This document shows, piece by piece, positions 35,841 to 48,986 of a DNA stretch of 64,000 bases (positions are counted from its first letter, which is position 1; each line of letters opens with the position of its first letter). The position numbers and the translations under genes are program-made. The DNA is from Dimorphilus gyrociliatus (taxonomy: Eukaryota > Animalia > Annelida): the NCBI GenBank assembly GCA_904063045.1, contig CAJFCJ010000024.1:186001-250000 (forward strand), read 5' to 3'. The notes beneath the pieces were generated by a model. That model was given only the letters and a program-made list of their open reading frames with translations. It did no database searches and was not told the DNA's origin.

Positions 35841-38800
35841 CATTCCTTATACGTTTTTATATTTGCTCCATCTGTGCCTAATTGGATTTATATGGATTTA
35901 TATGTTGACAATTATTATAACAAATTCTACAGTTTTAAGTATAACTAAGAAATTAGAATTATGGATGAAGTTAATTTAATAATCATTATGCTATGCTGCT
36001 GCTAAGGGTCGTTCCTCTAAAAAAAAACTCTTATTCCAAAAGTTCAAGAAAGAAATTAGCTATATTAATTTAAAAAGAGAAAATAACATCTATACATTAA
36101 AATAGAAAATAATGATAAGTTAACCCACCTTGTCAACTTATTTATTTCATTATTTTTCTTATCAAAACTTCTTTAATATTGCTTAACAAAGATATGTATA
36201 TAACAACAAATTGACTATTTCTTTTACTTTCATTTCTTCACATTTGTAAAGTGTCAAAACCTACTAAATAATAATTATAGTTATCTCTTAATTTTTTAAT
36301 ATATTTTCATCTATATCCAATAAATAATATCTATAAATTACTGTTGAATCGATTAAATATCAATCCTAATTATATAGCTATCAAAACTATTGTCAATATT
36401 CAACCTTTCATAGCATAGAGAAGCGTGGTGAAAGTAGGAGAGACAGAGAGAGACAGAGAGAGAGAGAGTAAATGATAAATATTAATTTTTAAATTTGATT
36501 GTAACCATAGCCAGATTGTTATCTATGCTTTAAATAGAATTATTTTTTACATATTGCATAAATAACATATATTAATTTAATAATCATAATAATAATAATG
36601 AAACGGTAAAAAATAGATTAGAGAAAGCTGGACCAATATTTTTTAATAAAGTTGTATATATTTATCATTTTTTTTCTAGTCTTTTTTTAGTAACATTCTT
36701 TAGAGATAAGGTTAACCAAAAAAAAAATCATATATAAATATTCAATAAACTCTTGAACACGTTCTGATGTATTGAAAAAAAATTCCTTACTCTCCAATAC
36801 TGATATAAATAACATCAAGTAACAACCGAGGAGATTTCGTGTTTTTCTTTTTTTATAGATTCAACCTTGTTTATATTTTTTTTTCTTTTTTTGCAGTACT
36901 AGTTTTTTCCATAGAAAAGTAGTACCTTTCACCTTTACTATTCTTGGAAAATTTATTTATATTAATCCACTTATCTATTGAGTTAGTTTGGACTGAGAGG
37001 GAATGTTTTATTTTTTATCATTAAACTTAATTGGAATAGATTATTAGTTATATTGTTTTTCTTATTATAAATTAAGTAAATTTGTTATCTTGATAAAACT
37101 TCTTCTTTTTCTTCTTTCTTTCTCTCTATCCTACATTTCTTACTTGTTTTCAACTAATATTTAACGCTTGAGGCACGATAGTTAGGGTATAGTAAAACTA
37201 CGCCATCTACTGGAAAGGCTTTGAATATAATAAAATAGTTCCACGATCAAGTTCTTTGTTATTGTGTATTGATACGCGGGAAATCAAAATGGCTTCTGGC
37301 GCGTTAAATTCTCCGAGAAAGATTCGTTCTCCTACTATATACGTCATTTGATGTTTGATATAATATGGAACAATTTAGCAACGAAATTACAATAAACCAT
37401 ATCTCCGGTTCTAGGGATACGAAAACGTCGAAAAATGAAAAAAAGTCTCCCCCTTCCTATGCGGATTACAACAATTCACACGTGCCCAGATACATTCCTC
37501 AGATGAGTGGATCGACGTATTCTAGTCCCCGTTCGAGTATTAGTTATGAATATTCGAACACAGCCCAAGTTGCACCATCGTCTTCCAGCGTTAGCACAAC
37601 GTCGGCTGACTCTAAAACTTCAAGTCCAAGAACCGGTTCTGTGGTACCACCTCCCCCGTATGAACAAAGGGACTATCAGAATATTGCAGAGAAGAGGTTA
37701 GCTGTACTAACTCAACAGCTGGAAAGAAATATGCGAGTGTCATCACCTCAAGCACCACCTCCTCCTCCTTACACGGCTACTCATAATGTTCAAAGACCTA
37801 TTTCTTCTAGGATCAATATAGAGAGGAAAGTAGAAGCTCTGACAAATAGTATACAGGATAAAATTGACATTGGAGGTGAATACTTTGGTAGGCGTTTATA
37901 TTATTTTAATAATAATCCAACATTCCTTGCGTTCTTTTGATAGGCCTAATTTTTCGAATACTTTTTTGAACAGGTGAATGTGTCAAGTGTGGCGATCGTG
38001 TAAATGGGTCGGAAGAGGCTTGCCAGGCTATGGGAAGTAAGTACTTGTAGAAGGGATTGATATCTGTTTATAAAAAAAAAATCCCATTCTGATTGAATAT
38101 ATAGCGTAGTAGATTGTTTAAATTTTTTCGCTCTCTTTCCCCCGTCTTATGCTCAAAGCAAAAATAGAGGAAGTGGTAAATTTTATTGACCATAGAATGT
38201 TTATAAAGCCTTAACGGATTTCGAATTTGCTTATTATCGTAACAAATCTAAACATTTTTTTTCAACTAGTCCCGAAACTAAGAACTAAGTTTTCTAGCTA
38301 TTTTAGCTTTTAGTTACGTACTAAATAGCATGTATTTTTGGTATATATAGCAAAGTATATTATGCATATTTCAGTGTTATTTTTATCTATAAATAGGGTT
38401 AATTTTTTTGAAAGGGAAGGAAAAAAAGTAATAAATTTAAATTTTCCCTTTACGGCACTTAATTTTGAACAGATCACGACAAATTCATTCAATAAGTACT
38501 ACGGGACCAATTGTCCTCTTAAGAATCAACAAAAAAAATGATGGAATTTTGTTTATTTTTTCCCTCTCTAGGCACTTTTTAAACATTCCTTTATTAATCT
38601 CTTTATATTATTATTAGTTTTATAAGAAAAATCTATTTTTAAACCAAAAGAAAAGAGACTTAATATTTTATTATTGAACAATGTCTAATTAATTGAATAT
38701 GTAAAAATGTATAATAATGTAAACTTTTTATTTTCTTTCGTTTCGTTTTGATATTTTATTAGCCAAATATTTTATTGACGTGTAAAATGTAACGCTTTTA

Positions 38801-39593
38801 AAAAAGTTCAAATAGAGGCGAAAGGGCCGAATAACTAGAATATAGAGAGTGTAGGATAGGAGGGGGTGGGGGTATAAAGGGCGGCTTGAACAGATTCTAT
38901 TCATAATACTAATTTTGATTTAAAACATTATATTTTAGTGCTATTTTTATCAAGTTGTTAACTGTTAATCTTATTCAGGGCAATATATCATTTTCTATTT
39001 GAGTTTTTAATCGCCCAATTACATGTGACTGATCCGGAAAAAGGGGAGTGTTTTCAACCTTTTTTCCGTCACGAAAGGATTGTTAAATTGTTACTTTAGA
39101 TTTCTTTCAATTTGTAACAGAATGTTTTTATCAACCGGATACATGAAAAATGACTTACATAGACGTTAGGATCAATATATTGTTAACAATTTTAAGCCTT
39201 TTTTAATCTAGTTATGAGCTAAAACAGTTTCTTAAATTTCTTTGCTTTAGCTTTAAAGTCAAAAAAAAAAGGATTTTTTGAATTGGGTTAAAACACAAGT
39301 TGAATACCATGAACGTTGAAAATTCCTTTTTTGCACTCACCAACTATCCTCCCATCCCCTCCCTTTTTAATTCACATAAGAAGGGCATTCTTGACAAGCC
39401 TAATACGGGCGTTTAAAAAGAACCTGTTTCTATAGTTACGCTTGAAATGATGTTCTTTGGACGGCCCCCTCCCTACGTTAACCTGTGGTAACCCGAAAGG
39501 AAAAATATTGTAACTATTTAGGAATGCGCACGTGAGATGCGAACGGGAAAAGAGTACTAGAGGGGGGGGGGTGGTTCGGAATCTGTAGGAATG
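35841..39593. promoter_or_regulatory. Cluster of TEAD/Scalloped (CATTCC/GGAATG) motifs across the WTIP promoter and introns
   Basis: Hits at 35841, 37000, 37493, 37921, 38584, 39521 and 39588. Confidence 0.45.
37200..37213 (-). promoter_or_regulatory. CTCF-like motif CCAGTAGATGGCGT at the WTIP promoter
   Basis: Near-consensus CTCF core about 150 bp upstream of the ATG. Confidence 0.62.
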
Positions 39594-41225
39594 TTTAGTG
39601 CCTTTCGGCTATCAAAGAGTATTACATCATAGAATCCCAAAAGAGAAAATTATTGTGTTTTTTCTCTTCTAACTGAAAGAGATACTAATCTATAAAATGG
39701 ATAGAAAGACGAATTTAAATTCGAAGTGAGCTATTTAAATAAAATGATTTTCTTACGAATTATCTTCAATAGCTTTTAACGCCGGAAGCTATAAATATTT
39801 GTTCGTCGATATCGTTCTGTTAGAAATACAAAAGTTAAAAAAAAATGAATCACAGATCTTTAATATCAAAAGAAAACAGGAAATAGATTCAAATTGTGTG
39901 ATAATTGAAGAATCTTTATATATATTACAATAACCTATATAAGCTAAAGTATATCAAGTTATTGATAACGGAGATACGCTTTGTACATTTATAAAAGAAG
40001 GGAGTGTACATTCTGGTTTTTAAGCTGGAAGAATAAGAAAAGAAATTCAGAATATTTTTTATCTTTACATAGAGTGTCTTGTCTGAAAAAAAAATTGATG
40101 ATAGTAGTGAGAGAGGAAGCAGAATGGGTTATTAAACACTTTGTAGATTATAGGATTAGGTTCATTTCAATTTATCTTAATATCTTGTTTTTAATCTTAA
40201 CAGAACTATATCATACAAGCTGTTTTGTATGTGTTTCTTGCGGTAGAACACTAAGGGGGAAGACCTTTTATCAAGTGCAAGGGAAGGTGTATTGCGAAGA
40301 GGACTATCTTTATTCGGGCTTTCAACAATCAGCCGATAAATGTGCGGTCTGCGGTCATTTGATAATGGAGATGATTTTACAGGCTGTTGGAAAGTCTTAT
40401 CATCCTGGCTGTTTTAGGTGCTGTATGTGTAACGAGTGCCTTGATGGCGTGCCTTTTACTGTTGATGTTGAGGGAAGAATATTTTGCGTTAAAGACTATC
40501 ACAGGTATGTATTTCTTTTAAACATTACAATATTAATAAACTGAGGGGAGTAACATTTCAAACTAACTACAATATATATTGTATATATATAAATATGTTA
40601 TATGTATATATACGATATATATATATATGTTGAATGAAAGAAAAGAGGGGGAGAATATTTTTTTTATCAAATCGGCTATTATTCTGACCTCCCGCAGCGT
40701 AGTAAGCCTAGCTCGCGCTGTAGATTATACTTTAGAACGCGCTGTGTACATACGAATACCAGAAGAGAGGGGGTTAGTTGGTGTGTGCGGTGCAACTGGT
40801 GACGGCTGTAGTAGCTGTATTTTTTTTTTTTTATTTATTTAGAACATGATTTTTCTAAATAGAAAATAAAAAAGAAAATTGGGTTTCTTTTCTTTTTAAT
40901 GTGCAAAATATAGATTATAGTTAGCTTTTTCTTATTGTTAATATATCACATCACAATGATAGAATAAGAAATATATATATATATATATTTATATAAATAT
41001 ACAATATATAGAGCATATATATAGATAACGTAAGAGTGAGAAAGAAATATGAGTGAATTGATAATTAATAACTATAGTATTTTATTATGATATATATTTC
41101 TAAAATTATAAATGCTTTATTGCTGTTCACTTAAATAGAAATGTTCAAAGTACACTGTACAAGAACAATGCTTATTTTTAGATAAATTTATTAAAAGAAA
41201 GATATCAGTTATCAATTTTATTTAA

Positions 41226-41258
<33 letters not shown>

Positions 41259-42771
41259 CATTCTGCACATATCTTAAAAGTTATTTTTAGAAACGTTGGT
41301 CAAGAAATGAGAGTATTAAGACATCTTAATTCTTTCTATTGATTTTATATCTAAGTTTGACGATAGAAAAGTTATTGGAGTTTGTAAAAATATTTGTTCA
41401 AAACAAATTTTTTACTGATAAAAGAGTCTCCCCATTCGTAATATTTACTTCGTAGCAACAATTTTTGTTTAATTCTATTGTACCTTTATACAAATGGTTT
41501 TAAATGTATAAATAACAGGATAAATCGTTTGTAAATTGAAGATCTTTAACCAATTCGGTTTAAATAAACTATTTCTCTATTTAAATTCTTTACTAAAGAA
41601 AGAATTCATCGTAGTACAAGATCAGACTGATCGCTATTGACTCGTCTTTTTTTTTATTTTGACCTTTTTTTTTTTCTCAGCTAATGATCAGTTTAACTGC
41701 TAAAAACATGAACAAAAAAAGATCTTTCCCTTTTTTAACTGAAATATGGGAAATAGATTAAATTCTTTGTAAAATTGTCTTGAAAAGTTATATTTATCGC
41801 TGAAGTTTTATTGTTCAAAAAAATGCTTTCTTTTTATCTAAAAACAATATATTTATACTGTATATATATATATATATGAGTACAAATAGTTTATATCCAA
41901 ACTTATCTCTTGACGAACTCTTCATATAGCCCTATTTAATATTCTATAAGAAAAATATTTCTATATAAAAATATTTAAGAAATATAGAATAGAATAATAA
42001 TAATAAAAAAAACACTACAACTTGAAATGTTCAAACAAATCGTATGAAAATTTTTATGAACAAAAAAAATTTATCTAAAAATATATTTACGTTCAGTTAT
42101 ATTGTAAATATTATACTTTTTTTTTAAGGTTCTTGAATAAGCATAAAGTTATTTTCCTTTATTTTATAGTTTTTTTTAACAATTTATACTTTTAGTTTAA
42201 TTAAAGAAGGTTTATTCTTTATTTTTTTGTTTAGCTCTATAAAGCACAATTAACCCTTTTTTGGTTTTTTATTTTTTTTTTCATTTGATTTTTTACAGTT
42301 TTTTGTTTTTTTTTTAAAAAAAATTCGTGATTTTTTTTTTTACTTTAGTTTTTTATATCGTCTTTGATTTGTTTTTTTTTTATTTTACGGTTTTAACACT
42401 TTTCTATATTTATGTATTAATGAATAATACAATTTTTAATTGTTTATTATAGGAAATACGCTCCGAAATGTGCTGTTTGTGGTCATGCAATTACGCCAGT
42501 AGATGGCAGCGAAGAAACTGTTAGAGTTGTGTCTATGGATAAGGACTTCCATATAGATTGCTATAAATGCGAAGATTGCGGAGTTCAGCTAACCGATGAA
42601 TGTGATAGGAGATGTTATCCTCTTGATGGGCACTTATTATGCCATGCATGTCATATAAATAGACTTCATGCTCGTTCCGCTCCCACTCCCACTTCAGTTT
42701 ATTCTCAAAGATCATCATTAGTTTCAAATGGAGCATCTTCTAGGCCTCATTATAAAATAACCGACCTCTAA
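37365..42771 (+). CDS. WTIP: Ajuba/LIMD1/WTIP-family triple-LIM protein, 4 exons (37365-37887, 37974-38036, 40204-40504, 42453-42771)
   Basis: Pro/Ser-rich N-terminus with [13 protein letters not shown]; three LIM domains including [18 protein letters not shown] and [14 protein letters not shown] (Ajuba-subfamily signatures); GT-AG phases consistent. Confidence 0.92.
41232..41258. repeat. (AT)n microsatellite
   Basis: Direct reading. Confidence 0.95.
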
Positions 42772-42876
42772 ACAAGCGCTTTCTTAGTGCCATACGGATA
42801 TTGACGTGTTGGAAAATCTCGTTTTACTTTTCTCCTGTTTTACTTTGACAATTGTATATAAATATTTACATGCATA

Positions 42877-42911
<35 letters not shown>

Positions 42912-45602
42912 GTATATGTATATTAACTTGGAAAATTTGAGACTTTTCTGCTATTTTTTTTAAGCTGTTTTTCTTTATTGCAAATGAAGTGTGGTATAAG
43001 AAAAACCAACTGAATTTTCAATGGTTAATGCGTTATTAAACTGTTTTAGAGTATTGATTCGAGTGCTCAAATGTTGCAAAAATTTTTTTTGGCTAAATAA
43101 AAATCGGGCAACAAACACATTTTAAAATCTTTTTTAATCCTCTTTTTTTTCCTTTATATAAAATCTTGCAACCAATGCTGTGGTCAATTAATTCATCGAT
43201 ATATTGTGGAAATATATCCGGCCTATTTTAAAGGAATTTTTCAATTACACTCTTTTTAAGTGTAATGAAAGAGTATAATCTACCTTATCAATCCCCTTTC
43301 ATATTGATTTTTGTTAAAAAATATATATTAGTATATGCTTTGATATATAGTTCTCTTTTTTAGATAAATTTGGGGGTCCTTATTGAAAAGAATTTGAAGG
43401 GAAGCGATTAAAGAGTGGCTTGGAGGGAGGGAAGTTGATATGACGGGTTTAAGGATAAAGAGAAGGGAGGGGGTAGTAGATTCTTTTTCTTACTATAACA
43501 ATGCTTTTATGCGGTTGTTCAACCTATTGTTAAATACGTTTGATATCTTTGAAAGCGTCCCCCAAATAATCCTCTTCAAAATCAGAGGCGGCCATACGGA
43601 AATTAAAAGAAATACTATAAAAGGGGTGGCTCTCTTTTTATTTCTCAATTAAATAGTTATGTAGTAAACATACACATAATAATACAACTGAATAAATAAA
43701 CTATTGTTATGACGTTATAAAGCTTATTGTTTATTAAGGAATTCGGACATACTTAGAGGTTTTCATTGTCAATTTACATATTCTTTATCGAAGATTTATG
43801 CCACGTCTTTCCTCTCTTTATCTTTCTCTTCTTATCCCACTCTCTACCTTTATTTTCTTAATACCCTTCTATTATTCGTCTATTTCCCTTCTTGTATACA
43901 AATATAATGAATTTTAAATATTTACTAGTTTTATAATTCTATTTAATATATCTCTATATGTTAAATATATACATAAATCATTTCTCTTTATTGTTATTGA
44001 CAAATTCTCACGAATTTTTAAAATTTTAACCTTTAACTTATAATATTTTCTTATTTTTAAGACATTTACCGCCCGATTTCATGTCAATCAGAATAAAAAA
44101 GAATCTGTTTCAAAATAGTTCAAGAGAGGGCGCTGTTGAAATATTTTAAGCGATTGTATCAATTAGGTTTATATAAAGAGAAATAATGATTTATTAAGAA
44201 AAAAGTAGATGGAATTGCAAAAATATATATTACATATTCTGTTATAGTAGATCGTTACAAACAACGTGTTTTTGTTTGTATATATTGTAAATAGGTAATT
44301 AGAATATTTTTACGTAAAAGTGTCATATTTTGTCAATATTAGGTAATCCTCTTCCTACATAGTATTTGATTTAGATACGTGATATTTTATTTATCTACCT
44401 CTCCCTCATTCACTTACTCCCTCACTATACCAACCTATTGAATTTAGAAATGAATTATGTTTCACAGAATAGACTTGTAGTCAGATGCATTACTACGGAG
44501 CAAATCGATACATTATTAAAGAGTATTAATATAGAACCTTTAAAAACTCTAACAAGTCATAAACAATAATTAAATGAATAGATAAATTAATAAAACTTCG
44601 AACGAATAAACGTAATAAACCTCACGAAAAAGACGAGAGAAGAATAGGTAAAGTATACAAATTTACGGAATTTCACTAAGAATGCGAAAGGAATTTTGGA
44701 AAGGGGGAGTAGAGAGGCGTCGCCAGGTCGCGTATGCACTAACGGTCGTCGCCGTCATCATTCAAAGGGAAAGCTCTCGCTTTTTCTCCTTTGAAAGTTT
44801 ATATAAAATGTAATTAAAAGCAGGAAATATACTTTGAACATATATTTTACTATTTAAATGAATTGATTTGAAAATTGATTAAAAAAAATATTAAACTTGA
44901 TTTATTTCGTTAAAAAATATCCATATTTTTCTGTTTAAAAAAGTAATCAGATCTCATTTTTTCTTTCTATCAGGATCTAAACAATGATAGGAAGAAATTA
45001 GCGTCACGTTATCAAGTTTAGCTGATTTAGTAAGAGTATAGGTGGAAGAGTAATAAATACAGGTTAGTGAGAGGGAGAGAGGTGAACATTTAGGTAATGG
45101 AGGAAAGATAGGAACAATAAAAACATCAAAAGATACGGACAGAGAAGCAGACAGCTATACAAAAGATAAACTAAGTCACATAACAATAGAATAATTCATT
45201 ATATTATTACTTAATCCTTTAACATATACTGCTCTCATAATAATCTCTATAGGAGAGAACTATTTATAGGCAGTGAGAAGAAAAAATCTTCGAAAAGGTT
45301 TAGATATATCTTGAGGAGTTAAGACCTTCTTATGCCTTTCTCATAGAAAATAGAGTTAGGAAAGAGTAAATTCAAGTGTCTATTTTCTATTTCTATTTCT
45401 CCTTTACCTTTCCACTTCTTTCTTCTTGAAAATAATCAATGATTAAAAACACTTGTATTAATAAAAACAAAGTATGATTGCCAGTTTGTTATTGTTCGAT
45501 TATCTATAATATTCTTGATCAAGTTCTTCCTTTTCAGTCTTTTCTATACATATATATCTTATTTATTTAGAATTTCTTTCAGTTCCTTGTTCAATTCGAA
45601 TT

Positions 45603-46058
45603 CTATTTTAATAAATTTTCCTTTATTAAATCATCAGCTTCAGAATTCACTTTAAAATATTCGTCCAAATGTCTAGCTAAATAATATGAATGAACAGCGG
45701 ATGATGTAAATATAGCGTGTACCCATAGCTGATTTCTATCTCCATTTTGTGCGTGCAGCCATGAGAATATTCTTTCCATATTTGGATGTAACGCACAGAA
45801 ATGTCCTATATCTGAACATTTAAATTCCATAATTTCGGAAGATTTGATATTTCGAAGTTGAATACCCGAGGGATTGAGCGTTAACAGCATTCTTGGAAGT
45901 TTGTCTTCCGAGACACTCCTTCTCCATATATTCTCAACAGGTTTAATTGTACATCCATTCGACGGCTTTATATCGGTTGGAATGGAACCTATATAGCTTA
46001 CCTCCATTTTAATACAGTTAGATAATTTTATTCTCGAAGGATTACCGAAAGGCAACAT
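45603..46058 (-). CDS. Stand-alone PTB/PID-domain protein, FAM43-like, intronless
   Basis: VSYIGS..., NGCT..PVENIW, MLLTLNPSGIQL, IFSW and VHAIF align by eye with recalled FAM43 PID-domain motifs. Confidence 0.65.
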   Translation of the reverse strand: MLPFGNPSRIKLSNCIKMEVSYIGSIPTDIKPSNGCTIKPVENIWRRSVSEDKLPRMLLTLNPSGIQLRNIKSSEIMEFKCSDIGHFCALHPNMERIFSWLHAQNGDRNQLWVHAIFTSSAVHSYYLARHLDEYFKVNSEADDLIKENLLK

Positions 46059-47556
46059 AATTTCTAATCTTTTCCTTTTGTCATTAATCTTCGTCTATCT
46101 TTGTTATCCTCTATTTTTAAAATGTTTGAATATTGCATAAAGATATTCCGCAATTATGACGAAATTATTAACTTTTATTACTCCATTCCGTGTAAATAAA
46201 CACACAATCTTTACCTATAATTAATTAAGTGTGAGACAATTTATTCTCATCAGGTAAGGAAATCGAATGTAGGTTGTATCCTGCAAAGTACTGGAAATGC
46301 TTTTGAAGTATTTATGAGCGCTGTGATGATCGATTCTGTTCTGTGCGTATTAGGCCTAAAATGCCATTCTAGGAGCTTTTGGACAAATCAATATAACAAT
46401 AGCTAATCTTCTTTATTTAATATTTTTTATTATGATTGAACAATGTATAGAAAAGAACAAATCGTTGTGTGAAAATTTAAATGAGAATATATCTCAATTA
46501 AGTTATTATTATATGAAATAGACTTATATGCTCAGAAGAGAAAAAAAAGGAGAGAGAGAGAGAGAGGGAGAGGGAGGAACATCTCTTAGACTTTATGAGT
46601 AAAAATTCTGTCTTGATAAACATACTATACATAAATTTATATAGTATACAAGTAGTAGTACCTACTAACTATTATTTTTAAATATGCATTGTATATCTAC
46701 ATTATATACCGCATAATTTCAATTTTTACTAGTTCAGTAACCGTTAAATAATTGACCAACACATGTTATGAGAATGAAATTATGTTATATTCCACTGCAA
46801 ATCGCCTTTTATTTAATTATTGAATAAACTTTTCATTAAGTATAAAAAAGACTAATAAATATTTTCATTAAAGTATAATGTACACATACATTAAGTGTCA
46901 ACATACATTGTGCAGATGTATAAGGTACAGTTTGTATTCAATATATACATTTAAACATACTATAAGTCATAAATTTCAATGCATATAAAAGGAAAATTGA
47001 TCAGTATAAATAAAAAACTAAGAAACGCCAAAGAAATGGAAGAACGCAAAGTAAACTTGAGAGAACAAGAAATAGAGCGAGAGAGCGAGAGAGAGAGAGA
47101 AAATTATCAGTCTTTTATTAATAATTTCCATTTTATTTTTCGTTCTCCTTCATTTCTAACACAGCTTCGTACGTTGGCGGTGAGATTATCGAAATGGGTT
47201 GACCTGTTAGAAATGATGAATTATGTTCAAAGATCTTTTATTCGATAATGCTTATCACATACATTTCGTTCATCGTTCATTACATTAAAACCATGAAGAG
47301 AATATATAAAAATCGTACTAGCTTTATTGTTATTAATCAATAATTTATTATAAAACAGATTTTTACAATAATTATTACGCAGTAACTGTAAAGTAGTACT
47401 ATTATTATATTATTTTATGCTATTTCTCTGAATAATAACATTTATAATTGTTGTTTTTTTGTCTTTTTCTAGTATTTTTCTATTCCTTTTTCATGATTTT
47501 TACTATATTCATTAAATTATAAAATTATACAATCTAGACTTTCTCTGAATTATTAA

Positions 47557-48986
47557 TTAATGTGACCAGGGGCGTCTATTTTTGCTACGGTAAACAAACA
47601 GAAACTGATAATATTTAATTTTGTACTTACTACTAAGCATTTCATCTGTTCCATAGGCGGGCGGTGATGTCACACAGGTAATTTCATTCAATTGAAATGA
47701 TGGATTAATTTGGCTGACTGAAACAGATTGCTGACCATTATCTGTTGGGTTCTGAATAAATGACAATAATTAGAGGAAAGTTACAAGTTTTATTAAGAAA
47801 AGTTTGATTAATTAGATTACCTCTGTAGATTCTAATCTGGATGTAAAAAATTTAAAGCAAATGTAGGAAGACGGCAAGGATATGAATATAGATAATCCAT
47901 ACATAATTCTTATCGTCGATGAATACTATACAGAATAAACAAAAAAATATAAGGGATATTTAATTAATTTTGTCAGCTTTCTTTGAATAGGAATGAATTC
48001 GCTTATAATCTGAATATTTCAAGGATTTAATTTACAGAGAACAAAAGGATTGGATGCTTCTGTGGATTTTTTATAATGAATAGTTAATTTTATTATAGTA
48101 AGTAATGAAAAGAGCTTTAGCAGCAAATCACGTAAACTAGGAATATTTAAAGAGATAAATATAAATAATGTCTCCCTATTTTCTATCAGTTTAATTTTAA
48201 ATTGCTAAAATCTACAATAAATACTTTGAGAAGTAATAAAAAATTAAAGGGAAAGTTTTTTCTTTTCTTTCCTTCTCCCTTAAGTCAGTCGATTGGTCAA
48301 AAACTGTTTTACCTCTTTAATAATAAACGGGTTCATGTTGTACGATTGAATAAAAGCGATAGACTACAGCTTACTAAACACAGTTTGAATATTTGAATAT
48401 TTCAACATTATTCTAATGTTAAGTGACAGATAAATAAAAACTATAATGAATATTTACCTGACCGCTTGCATAACTGTCTATAAGATGTAAAATACATATT
48501 ACAATAGCGGCAACAACGGCCAGAAGAGTTATTAAAGCCGCTATTTTACTAAATGTAATATATCTTTTAAAAACCTACATGAAGAAAGAAAGAAATAAAG
48601 ACATTAGTTAAAAACCTTATCAATTTGAACAATTTATTTAACGTACGTCTTCGTTTTTACGATGTGATTCCGATAATTTTATCAAAATTGCAGTTGCAAA
48701 CATTAGAATAGCTAACCAATAACCAAATCCATAGCCACCGTCCGATCTTCCTTTTCTATCAATTATTATTATTGCAGTATTTATGGCTATATAAAATATT
48801 CCAAATATTATAACATTGATCCGGAAGACTGATGAATTTCTTTTCGTTAAGACGATAGTGTCAATTAGATTGTTTTCTATATTACGATTCTAAATAATCA
48901 AAATAAACGATAAATAGTTGTCTGTTATATGAAAAACAATAAAAGATCATTTTATAAGAAAAGAACCTTACATTCTCATTTTCCAT
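47557..48986 (-). CDS. MS4A/CD20-like four-TM protein, copy 1, multi-exon
   Basis: Hand-spliced GT-AG exons give MENEN|...VIIFGIFYIAINTAIIII...GYGFGYWLAILMFATAILI...|...IAALITLLAVVAAIVICIL...|...RIMYGLSIFISLPSSYICF...|...SPPAY...RPWSH*. The middle exon linkage is uncertain. Confidence 0.6.

Noticed and set aside
39570-39590. GGTTCGGAATC resembling a tRNA B-box
   Set aside because: No cloverleaf or A-box at a suitable spacing.
42100-42420. Long T-rich tract in WTIP intron 3
   Set aside because: Low-complexity sequence before the acceptor, possibly noisy homopolymers; no structure discerned.
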